A DNA stretch of 64,000 nt, from positions 32,364,001-32,428,000 of the forward strand of contig NC_043012.1 in NCBI RefSeq assembly GCF_006345805.1, written 5' to 3'. A model generated the notes under the pieces. The model was given only the letters and a program-made list of their open reading frames with translations. It was not told where the DNA came from and did not search any database. This stretch comes from Octopus sinensis (lineage: Eukaryota). Of the stretch, positions 26,001 through 38,807 are shown piece by piece; position 1 is the first letter of the stretch, and each line of letters starts with the position of its first letter. A program made the translations under genes and the position numbers.

Positions 26001-29000
26001 GAATGACATTGTAAGGGTGATGTGAAAGACCAGATCTGGCCCGTTTCAATATAAAACCGGTTAAATATTTTGGCTGGTTTGAATGCTAAAGGGTTAAACA
26101 AGATTAATATTACAGAGAATAGAAGTGTGGTATCAAAGTCTAATAACACAAGTCACTAAAACTAAATTAGAAAGCTGAGCATTGATTCAATTCGTCAAGA
26201 ATTTACTGATTTTAACTGAATTGGTTTAATTTTGCAAACTTGTAGAATATGGTTTCAATAAAATAAGTACCAGTGAAGCATCTGGATAAAGAGTAGGAAC
26301 TTATCAGAAATAGTAATAACATATGTCTTATAACAGACTGGAAATAATGAGTCTTCAAGTTACCCAAAACTCTAGCTACTTATTTTCCCTATTTGATGAG
26401 TTGATGCAAAAAGGGTAAAATTAAGAGATTATAAGTAAACAGTGCAAGTGTTTCTGGTTTTAATATATCTACAAGTACAAAATTTAAAGAGTAAGAATAA
26501 AAAAATTGTAATTTTATGGCTAGAAGAGTAATTGGAGAGAGCTTACACGAATAATTAATAATTTGATACAGATCAGTACAAAAAGCAGAATAAACCAGAA
26601 TTTATCAGATAAATATATTTACCTTCAAAGCTGTGCAACCTCTGTTGGTGCTAGCAACTAAACAGCCTTCGGTAGTGGCCATGGGAACATAATAGTCTTT
26701 ACTATTCATAAATAATGGACCTACTACACCAACAGGGACAGGGACATAACCAATGACATTTTCACAACATGCTCCATAAACCTACAATGAAAAATTCGAT
26801 AGATTTTGAGAGGAATAAGGGCACGATGAGTTTTGAGAAAATGAAACAATAAAAAGAAAAAAGAGAAACATGTATTTCTATATATTTATATGTATATTTT
26901 TTTAGATGTGGAGGGATAAGAGAGATTAAAAACTCACAGCAGAATAATCATAGTTCTTAAAAGGAAGCTTTTCCATCACACTTTTGTCAGTTAAGTTTTC
27001 ATCAATAAGTCCCCTCCTGAAAAGTCAAGAAAGCAACCAATATAAATAAATACTAACATAGTAGTGAATAATAGCACAAAACAGATATCTAGCCCAACTT
27101 GTAGCTACTGTAATAGATTGGAGTTTGAAAATGTACAAGTGCTTTAGTAGACAACAAATAATTCAGATGGGCCCCGAATGCAGAAGACATACGAAGGCTA
27201 GAGAGTAATGAAGCTGGTATGCTCTGCTGGATGTACGATGTCAGTATACATGTGTGACAGAGCGCTAGTGCATTGAGAGAAAAACTAGGCATAAGAGGAA
27301 TTAGCTGCAGTGTGCAAGAGAGATGATTGTGCTGGTTTGGTTATGTGATGCGTATGGATGTAGATTGTTGCATAGAGAGACCCAGGAAGACATACAATGA
27401 AGTATTGAAGGTCAATCTCAAGACACTGAGCCTTACAAAGGATATGACAATGGACAGAGATATCTGGCACATTGCTGTACTCAGGAAAACCCATCCACCC
27501 ATAGCAGAATTGATTCTTGTGCTGGTGTCACATAGAAAGAGCACCCAGTACATGTTAAAAAGCATCCAGCTATAGAAATCAGGCCTGAACAGAAAATGGC
27601 GCCTGGTGTGGTCCTGGCCAGAACAATAACTTCACTTAACTCAACAGGTCTTCGCAAGCACAGTTTATTGCCCAATGATTGAAGGGTACTCTTAAATGGG
27701 CCAGTTATGCTGCACTGGCACAAGCCATGGTTATGGTCTCACTTGGCTTGCTGGGTCTTCTCAAGTACAGCATATCTCCAAAGGTCTCAGTCACTTCTCA
27801 TTGCCTCTGTGAGGCCCAACGTTCAATGGTTGTGCTTCACCACATCATCCTAGATCTTCCTGGGTCTACCTCTCCCACAGGTTCCTTCAACCGCTAGGGT
27901 GTGACACTTTTTCACACAGCTGTCCTCATCCATATGCAACAGAAGACCATACCAATGCAGTTGTCTATCTTGCTACACCACATTGATGTTTCTTATGTCC
28001 AACTTTTCTCTCAGGGCGCTTACACTCAGTCATGTATGCACACTGACATTATACATCCAGCGAAGAATACTAGCTTCATTCCTTGCAAGCTTACACATAT
28101 CCTCAGCAGTCATGGCCCATGTTTCACTGCCATGTAGCATGGCTGTTCACATACATGCATCATACAGTCTACAGTTTACTCTAAGCGAGAGGATCTTTGT
28201 CACCAGCAGAGGTAGGAGCTCTCTGAACTTGGCCCAGGTTATTCTTATTCTAGCAGCTACACTCTCAGAGCTTTCACCCCTGCTACTGACTTTGGTCACC
28301 TAGGTAACGGAAGCTATCAACTACTTCTAGTTTTTCCCCCTGGCATGTGATGGAATCTGTTTTCTGAACATCTTCGGTGTTTATTGCCCCTGAGCATCTG
28401 CCACACACAAAAACTATCTTCCCAGTTAACCTTCCTTTGATTATTGCTGCACCTCTTATATGTCCATAACTTACACTGGGTACATCTTATAGTTTCTACC
28501 AACACCTTTTCATCAGATCTACCTGAAGGGATTTGTCTGCCTTCCCACTTATTAAGACTTTGGTTTTTGCTAGACTGACTCTTAGAGTCAATCTTTGATT
28601 CTACACCTTGCTTCCACACCTGAAACTTCTGATAGTAACTCAGTTATTAAAACAAGGTCATCAGCAAAGAGAAGCTCCCAGAAGCAACCAGTTACGCACT
28701 GGGGTCGATATAATCGACTTAGTCCGTTTGTCTGTCCCCTCTATGTTTAGCCCCTTGTGGGTAGTAAAGAAATAGGTAGCCATGAAATCGTAGTTGGGTT
28801 GTTGCTGGTGTCATGTAAATGGAACTTGTGCCAGAGGCACATAAAAAGCATCCACTACACTCTTGGAATAGTTGGCATTAGGAAGGGCATCCAGCTGCAG
28901 AAACCAAGCCAAATCAGATGAGAACCTGGTGCAGCTCTCCAGCTTACCAGTTCCAGTCAAACCATCTAACCCACGCGAGCATAGAAAGCGGACATTAAAA

Positions 29001-32000
29001 TGATAATGATGATGATTTGACAGGACTGCACCAAGTCCCAGGGTCTCTTTTGGCATGGTTTAACCAACATCATCATCACCAACAGCGTTTTAATGCTCAC
29101 TTTTCCATGCTTGCATGAGTCAAATGAAATTCACTGAGGTATAGTTTTCAATGGCTGGATACCCTTCCTGTCAACCTTCACTAGTTTCCAAACAAAGTAA
29201 CAACCTCCTAGTTTAACCCTTTTGTTACCGATTTATTTTGAGATGCTCTGTGCTTCTTTCCATTATTTTAAATATAACAAAGAATTTAGTAAAATAACTT
29301 AGTTATCATTAAGCTAGTGTTAGGAACATAAATTGTGACTAAGGTTTGGTGAAAGATTTTAATTAAAACGTATGCAAACAAAACATTTGTACTACAGAAC
29401 CAGAGCCAGTTTCAGCCAGGTTGGTAATGAAAGGGTTAATGAACAATGAATAGTTTAGACGTAATTATGAGCTTTTTTTGTTTATAAAGATAACACATGT
29501 GAAGCAACCCAAATGTGTTTTTGCAGTTGACTGCAGTCATACAATGTCACGTGTATTTGATGGTGAGATTGTTGCTTTATTTTCAAGTCAGTGAACACAC
29601 ATAAGGCAGCAGTGCATTATGGAGTCACTCACTCGAATGCACACACATAGACGTAACAACATGCTTCAGTTTCTACCAACCATTTTCACTCACAACTATA
29701 ATAATCATCATCATCATCATTTAACGTCCGCTTTCCATGCTTGCATGGGTTGGACAATTTTGACTGAGGACTGGCGAACCAGATGGCTGCACCAGGCTCC
29801 AATCTTGATCTGGCAGAGTTTCTACAGCTGAATGCCCTTCCAAATGCCAACCACTCCAAGAGTGTAGTGGGTGCTTTTTACGTGCCACTGGCACGCGCGC
29901 CAGCCAGGCTGTACTGGCAATTACCTCGCTCGAATCTTTTTACACATGCCAGTGAAGCGACGTTGGTAACGATCATGTTTGAATGGTGCCCTTTTACATG
30001 CTAAGGGTACGGAAGGCAGTTGGCTGCTCTGGCAACGATCATGCTCGGATGGTGCTCTTGGCACCCTACTAGCACAGGCATAAGTGTCAGTAAGGCAACG
30101 CTGGTAACGATCATACTCGAATAGCAGCGCTGTCAATGATCACACTCGTATAGTGCTCTTTGCACCCTGCTAAAGTTCTATAATATAGAACTTTATCCAA
30201 CAATGTTCAGTTAGTAAGACTAAACCTTTAACCACATGGTTTTAAAGTGACATTTTAACCACAAAACCATGCCTGTACCTATAGCTATATCTATGTGTAT
30301 ACGTATGTGTGGCTAAGTGGAAATTCTTGTTTTAACATGTGTGTTCTGAGTGTAAAACAAAACACCACTATCATAGAAATTATGTTGTTTGTCTGTGAAA
30401 GCAAGTTAAGGTTGTTTGTTGTTCAATATTGGAGGAAATATAAATTTGCTTGGAAATTGGTAGAGGTTGGTGACAAGAAAAGCATTCAGTTGAAGAAAAT
30501 TCTACCTCGCTAAAATCTTATCTGTCTCACCATGCAAGCATGGAAAAGTAGATGTTATAATGATGACTATGTTTGCAAATGATATGGTGATGTTTATAGC
30601 TGAGTAGAATTGTATAAGCTATGCAATCATGGTAAAACAAAAAGTCATAACATTACCTGACATCAATTCCTCTTTCAAAGTCACCTAGAACTTTTTCCAG
30701 TTGGTAACCAGCTATATGTTTCTTTTTGACAAGCTCAATAATTTCTTTGTTACTTAATGCACTGATTCCTTCCTGTAAAAAAAAAAAAAAAAATGGATCA
30801 AATGAGAATTTGTAATCTGGATAATAGTTATTAGTAAGATATAATACACAGCAACCAACTGAATATTCTAATTAAAGTGAATTAAGTAACATTAGGCCCA
30901 AAATCAACATTTAATTCACATTTGTATTTCAAAGATAAAATAGAAATTTCTTGATAAATGTGCATTCGGACTTCTGTTCTCTGGCACATGTGGGGTTGAG
31001 TAGAAATTGTATGACCTGTGCAATCACAGAGACTGAGCTGGAAACCATGTGGGTAGGAAGCAAACTTCTTAACCACATGTCCATGCCAGCACTTGGATCT
31101 GAAAACTATTATAAACCATCTGACTACTTTTTCTCCATGCCTTACTTCACTGACTGCATCAAATAAATTCTCTAACTCAGAAATGCTAAGAACTGATAGT
31201 TCTTAGCCAAATAATATTTTCTAGCACTAAATAGCAGAGAAATTTCATAAGATTTATAACTTATTGAATCCTAAAACTTCACTTTAATACTGGACATTTG
31301 ATCTACGAAAATATCAGAGAAAAAAATTTTGCAGTTACTGCTCAGAAATTTTAATTCCTTGAAGATCATTGGGTTTTCTTCTCCCCCCCCCCCCATTTTT
31401 TTTAGTCTGTCCAAAAGGAACAAGAATCTACTTACACTAGGTTTCTTTACTTGGTGACGTTCTTCAGTTTCTGATGAATTTTTAAGGGATTTCACACATT
31501 CGGATGACTGAGGTGATTCAAAACATGTCTGTGTTGATATTTCAACTTTGTTTCTCTTATCTGTCAAATAAACAGAAATAATTTTCATTATATTAGAAGA
31601 TTATTGTATTTTCCTATTGCATTATTTATTTATCATTTCTAATTAAGAAATATTGACAAAATATTGCTATATATACTGCAAATTTATACATACTATTGTT
31701 TTTGAAAATTCTATGACACTAAATTAATGAAAATGCATGGTAAAAATATGAGATGCATATTTTGTTTTGTAGCGTATTTTGAATAACTAATATAAATATC
31801 AGTAGAAAACATTTATTTTGATTTTTAAGTTTAGTGAAGAAATTCAATCACCTTTCAATAAACTGCCCATGCTGGTGTCAATATTAACATCAAAAAATAT
31901 ATATTTTAATCCCAACAGGATGATCAACAACAGTGTGGTGACATAATCAGCTGTAAACAGTCTGCAGAAATAAAAAGATAAGAAAAAAAAAAGAGAGATA

Positions 32001-35000
32001 TTATCTGCATTCTACAGTCAACTTTAGTACAAGAAGAGGTTAACTAAGCCAAGGTTAAAAGTTAACAATATCCCCACCTCCTTAAATAAGAAAATACAGG
32101 TTTGGTCTGTGAATAAAACACTCATGAAATTTGTAATGATCCAACAAGTTACACCAGTATGCTGTGATATTCATCTTTAGTTAAGTGTAGTGGGTCATTG
32201 AGAATTTTAAAAATATTTGTCAGGAATAACATAAGTTTCAGTTGCATCACATTATATTTTTATTAGTTAGTCTAAGAAAGATGAGGCCAATCCTCTCAGA
32301 GCAGTGGAGGTGTTGGAGTTAATTTGGCTGATGTTCAACTTGAATTTCAGTACAGTAAAATAAAAAGGAAGCATTCCACAAGTTTGATTTCATAGTCGCC
32401 GCCAGTGCTGCTGGACTGGCCCCTGTGCAGGTGGCACATAAAAAGTACCATTTGGGCGTGACCGTTGACAGTACCACCTGACTGGCCCTCATGCTGGTGG
32501 CATGTAAAAGCACCCACTTCACTCTTGAAGTGGTTGGCGTTAGGAAGGGCATCCAGCTGTAGAAACTCTGCCAGATCAGATTGGAGTCTGGTTCGCCAGA
32601 CCTCAGTCAAATCGTCCAACCCATGCTAGCATGGAAAGCGAACATTAAATGATGATGAATGGGGAAATATATAGAATTTGGACAGTGGAGATGTCAGGGC
32701 AGAGATATTGAATGGGTTTGAGTCACACATTTAGTAAATTCAGAAGAGTATAGACCATTGAAATAACAGTAGAAGAATTAAGAGATTGCAGTCAATCAGT
32801 GGTACAAGTGGTTATAGTAGGTTGGTGACTGAATGCTTATCAATCAGAGAACCTTTTATGCAATCTAATATGAACTACATATAGTTTTATATCGACATCT
32901 CATTGTTTGCATTGTAAAATATGTTAGAAGGTAGAAATGAATTGGGGAAAAATGATAGAAAGTTGATAAACCCTTTCAGCAGCAGATAATAGAACTCTAC
33001 ATATATTTTGTTCAAATATAAAAATCTGATAAAAACACAATTCAAAGTATAAATTCATATCAGAACAAACCTTCCTAAATAAAACTGCCAGAAAGATATC
33101 TCTGGTTGGATTTTATGATTCATATCTGATGTAGAAATGATATTCTGATACAACATTGTATCTGCACCTTTTACACTATCCGTGATCCATCGGCTGTAGA
33201 CATGTACAAAAACCAAACCAGTAGACTGTAATAAAAAATAAAATAAATAAATAAGAAGAACGGTTTCAAATTTTGCCACAAGGGCAGCCATTTTGGGGAG
33301 GGGATGTGCCGATTACACTAGTACTTACTTTATCGACTCTGAAAAGATGAAAGGCAAAGTCAACCTCGGTGGAATTTGAACTCAGAATATAGCAGCAAAC
33401 AAAATACTGCTAAGCATTTCACCCAGCATGCTAACAATTCTGCCAGCTCGCTGCCTTAATAGTAATAATAATAATAATCCTTTCTACTATAGGCACAAGG
33501 CTTGAAATTTTGGGGGAGGTGGCCAGTAGATTAGATCGACTCCAGTACACAAGTGGCACTTAAATTATCAACCCCAAAAGGATGAAAGGCAAAGTCAACC
33601 TCGGTGGAATTTGAACTCAGAATATAGCAGCAAACAAAATACTGCTAAGCATTTCACCCAGCATGCTAACAATTCTGCCAGCTCACCACCTTAATAGTAA
33701 TAATAATAATAAAATTTTACTCATAATTACAGTCAATATTAATAAATGACAAAACAAAATTTCAAAGCTAGGCTGAATGTTTCTGAACATTCAAATATTT
33801 ACATGCAGACACTGTTAATGCATATACCTCTATCTGCTGTCAATATTTATTTATTTATTTACTACCCACAAGTGGCTAAACACAGAGAGGACCAACAAGG
33901 ACAGACAAACGGATTAAGTCAATTATATCGACCCCAGTGTGTAACTGGTACTTAATTTATCAACACTGAAAGGCAAAGTCGATCTCGGCGGAATTTGAAC
34001 TCAGAACGTAGCGGCAGACGAAATACTTGTTTCTTTACTACCCACAGAGAGGACAAACGGATTAAGTCGATTACATCGACCCTAGTGCGTAACTGGTACT
34101 TATTTAATCGACCCCGAAAGGATGAAAGGCAAAGTCGACCTCGGCAGAATTTGAACTCAGAACGTAACGGCAGACAAAATATGGCTATGCATTTTGTCCA
34201 GTGTGCTAACGTTTCTGCCAGCTCACCGCCTTCCGCTGTCAATATTTATTATATAAGCAATGTTTTGGCATGAAGGTTAAGCTGAGATTGAACAACAAAA
34301 ATTAGATGGGTAACATTAAGATTAGCTTTATATTCTAAGAATAGATTCAACACTCTCAGGAAATAAAAGTAACTAAAAACATCTTACCATAATGATTTTG
34401 ACCACTTGTATAACAGGATTTGACTTTTGTTCTTCATCCCCATCTTTGTTCATTATAAATTGAAATTTCGATACTGGCTGCTCGTGGATTACACCATGAC
34501 AAAGCTACATACAGAAGAGAGGAAACATTTTTTTCTAAATAATTTACCACACTATGATCATGATCATCATATAACTAAATTGTTTAAAAAAATTTTTTTA
34601 ATATAATAATAATAATAATAATCTTAATCAAATCTTCCATCAGTAGACATAGACTGATTTGACTTGCATTGCCTATATAACTTCCAAATTACTGTTGGAA
34701 TCATTTCATTTATTATACATCACATTGATAAAATACTCAAAATTATTCCAGAAAACCAATACAACTTGACAAGTACAACAATCTTTAAATTCACAGATAC
34801 ATTACTTGAGAAAGCTCACTCATAAAACTTACCTCAAGCATTAAAGCCAAACAAGCAGGATAGAAGGTCATAAGTGCTAAATAGTTGGCTAATACGGAAA
34901 GACAAGCAAAGTAGCTGATGGTTTCTAATTGTTTCCAGCCTGAAATAAAATTTATCAAAATAAAAGATCAATAAAAAAAATATAAGGATACCAAGTGTCA

Positions 35001-38000
35001 GCTACAAAAATATGATTTTAAGACAGATTTGTCACCAACTCTTACCTATTTCCAAGCAAATTTATATTTCCTTCAGTCAACTGAATAACGAACAACACAG
35101 ACATGCATTCACAAAGAACACCATTTAGTAAGTATCTTAACATTCATGCATCAAAAGTTAATATCCACTGAATTCTATCTAAATTATAAATCCCAACACC
35201 ACTATAAACAGTAGGCCGGAACTATCACTGATTTATAAACAAGAATTAAACAGCTGGAGAATGAAATAAGGTAAAATAAAACAGGAATCAACTGTGACTC
35301 TGCCATGTTCTAAGTGTCTTGTGGAGAAGATACAACATACAAGTGTAACAACTATATCCCCAAGGTTAAACTCTATCAAGAAATGAACAAAGGGGAAAAT
35401 TGCACATATAACATCTCGAGCACTTGTAGTGGGGGTTGAAGTGGGAAATACGAAAATCTGTGAAAATTCGAAATCAAAGTGAAATTCGATGACATGCATG
35501 AGCACCATACGAGCATGATCATTGACAGAGCGGCTAACTGGCTTCCGTGCCAGTGGCACAATAAAAGGCACCATTCGAGTGTGATCGTTACCAGCTTCAC
35601 CTTACTGGCACTTGTGCCCCGTGCTAGTAGGGTGCGAAGAGTACCACCTGAGCATGATCGTTGCCAGAACAGCTAACTGGCTTCTGTGCCGGTGGCATGT
35701 AGGAGGCACCATTTGAGAGGGATCGTTACCAGCATCACTTTACTGGCACCTGGGTCATTGGCATGTGTAAAAAAAAAAAAAAATTCAAGCGAGGTCATTG
35801 CCAGTACTGCCTGACTGGCCCCCGTGCCGGTGGCATGTAAAAGTACCCACTTCACTCTCGGAGTGGTTGGCATTAGGCAGGGCATCCAGCTGTTGAAACT
35901 CTGCCAGATCAAGACTGGAGCCTGATGCAGCCATCTGGTTGCCAACCCTCAGTCAAATCGTCCAACCCATGCTAGCATGGAAAGCGGACGTTAAATGATG
36001 ATGATGATTCTAAAATATGGAACAATTATTTTTTTTTTTATGACAGGAAATGAAGACCACAGACCCTGCAGGCTCTTTTTTCCCCAGTCTGGTGATACCT
36101 ATATGATATTCAGTTGGATGATGTTTTCTGAGATTATTAGATTGATAGTAGCAAAGGTATTTTTAAAAAGAATGCAATTCAATGGAAAAAGTTTTGACAA
36201 AGTGTTTAACCCTTTAATAGTAAAACCAGCCTTAACTGGATTAAATATTCCACCTGTTTTATGTTTTATATTCAAACCAGCCAGATCCAGTCTCTAACAC
36301 CCATTCTACAATGTCATTTCAAAAATAGACAATTACATCATCAAAATCTCAAGGCTACAGGATAAGTGATGATTAATTCAAAATAATGTGAATAAATAAG
36401 CAATTACATTTGACAGAGTGAGCTGAATTAAAAAAAATTAATGAAGTAGTCTTGGGTGCAAATCACAATATGAACAGTATGAGAGTTAGGTACATCAGAT
36501 GAAAGAGAGAGGGGGAGGGAGGGAGAGAGAGAGGGGGTACACAGTTACATAGAACATCTGAGACAGAAGGAGGGTTATAGTTATGATTTGAGAAACCGCA
36601 AATCAATATCCAATCAAATGAAACATTTTAAATTGTTTTGCTGATTTTATATTTAACTGTTCGCAGAATCTAATTCTTAAATTGAACAACACAAATCATC
36701 AGTTAATCAGAAAAAAGGGCTATTTTACACAACTTACCTGATAGTGTGCCTACACCAAATACTAGTGTTTGTACTATAGCATCTAGAGTGATAGCCGGGC
36801 CAAGCTTGGACATACCTTGTGCAATATTGTCCTGGACTTCATACTGAAAGAAAAATAGATTTCATGTAAAAGAAAATCCATAACCAAGGAAGGCCATAGA
36901 CATCTAGCAAGAAGTACAACTCTTTCTTCCATATTTCCCAGTCATCAGTCAACCTCCAACCCCACTCTTCCCAGTCACCATTCTTTGTTGTTGCTCAACT
37001 AACCTGTTTGTAATTTTCTTACACCTCTTCTACTGGAGGTTTGTCCATGTTTCAGCAATTCAAGTTGACATTAGTGTGAGAGACACAAAGATAGAAAAAG
37101 CTGCTGGCCCATCAGGAATAGTCAGAGGTGCTCAAAATATCTGACAATGTAGGATATGCCCTACTAGATCAATAAGAGGTAGACCTCCTACCATAACTTC
37201 TATGGCTAAGAAGACCCTTAAAGAGGGATGGAACGGGTAGACCAGAGCTATACGGATCCCCCTAAACAATGATCAGATTAAAAAGATGGTCACACATGCA
37301 ATGGGTGCAAGTACCAAAACCACATCAAGGGCCATATATTTAAGTTTAATGGCAAGATATAACACCCAAGAGGAAGTTGCAGCCATCGGTGTCAGTATCA
37401 CTGACAATGTGGCTAACTTATTTATGGTATGGTGAAATAGGAGACTTAAAGAGAAATTAGCAGAGAACTCCATAAACCTAACCATGTACTCCTGCTATGT
37501 GGATGATATCAACATAGTAGCCAAAGCACCCCTACAAGACAATGTTGATGATCTAGAAGCCTACACTATGGAGAGCATCCAGCAAATAGCTAACTCCATC
37601 CACCAGAGTATTGAAATAACTATGGACTATGCTAGTAAGCACCCAGACTATAGGTTACCCATTTTAGACTCAGAACTCTGGCTAGAAACAAAGAACGTTA
37701 AGGTCCAAATCCTTCACTTTCATCCAATTGCCCAGTGGTTAGGGCAGCGGACTCGCGGTTGGAGGTTCGCGGTTTCAATTCCCAGACTGGGCATTGTGTG
37801 TGTTTATTGAGCAAAAACATCTAAAGCTCCACGAGGCTCCAGCAGGGGGTGGTGGAGACCACCCGTTGTACTCTTTCTCTCACTCTTTCTTCCTGTTTCT
37901 TGTCCCTGACTTCCTACGCAACCGCTGAGCGTGGATGTGCATTCATCCATCCGTCGATGCTCTCGGTGTCGGGGGTTGACCTGCTTTCTCTTCTGCGGGT

Positions 38001-38767
38001 CTTACGAATAGCAAAGGACCATGTTTCGGACTTCTCCCACTACAGAGGCGCGATCTTGCGAGCTCTGGGATGAAGACCGCTTCGCTCAACAAACAAAGCA
38101 GCAGCAGCATCAATGACGGCAATAACAACAACTACCATAATTGCAACACACTGCCGTGGCCACCACCACTGTAGTTTTCAGTAACAAAGCTCATTTCATT
38201 TCCTAGCTGTAGATGTATCCTTACTCTGACAACTCTCTCTCTCTCTTTCTCTTTCTCAATGTAACTGCCTTCCCTGTTCATCTCTCTCTCTCTCTCAATG
38301 TAACTGCCTTCCCTGTCCATCTCCCTTCTCTCTCTCGCAATGTAACTGCCTTCCCTGTCCATCTCTCCTCTCTCTTTCTCTCTCGCAATGTAACTGCTTC
38401 CCCTGCACATCTCTATCTGCCTTTCTTTAACTTAACTACCCAGAACTAAACACATCTCTTTCTCTTTACCTTTCCCTCTCCACTTTACAGCACATCCTTA
38501 ACACTTCTCTCTCCCTCTTTTCTCTCACTGTCTTTTTCTATTGCTCTTTGCCTCTCCCTTCAACTTACCATGTGACACATTTGGCCTTATTATACACCTT
38601 TCTCTACTTCTTCCTCACTTCTTTCTTTTCCACTCACTCCTCCCACTTTCTCTCACTTTTACTCCACCTCTCTTACTAACTAAAGTATAACAGATGAACA
38701 AACAAGCAGATTATTATATTGATAATGAAATCCATGGAAAGATATTGCCTATGAGAATAGAGATATG

Positions 38768-38807
<40 letters not shown>

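Noticed and set aside
31146-31220. Possible extra linker exon ending at a GTAAG donor (..[15 protein letters not shown])
   Set aside because: In-frame TAA from the phase-0 acceptor; no phase-compatible acceptor found.
35490-35900. Repeat-spacer-like arrays (gtgccggtggcac...aaagcacc) resembling CRISPR
   Set aside because: Eukaryotic context, no cas genes, degenerate and mutually related spacers; internal minisatellite of a retroposon present in many copies.
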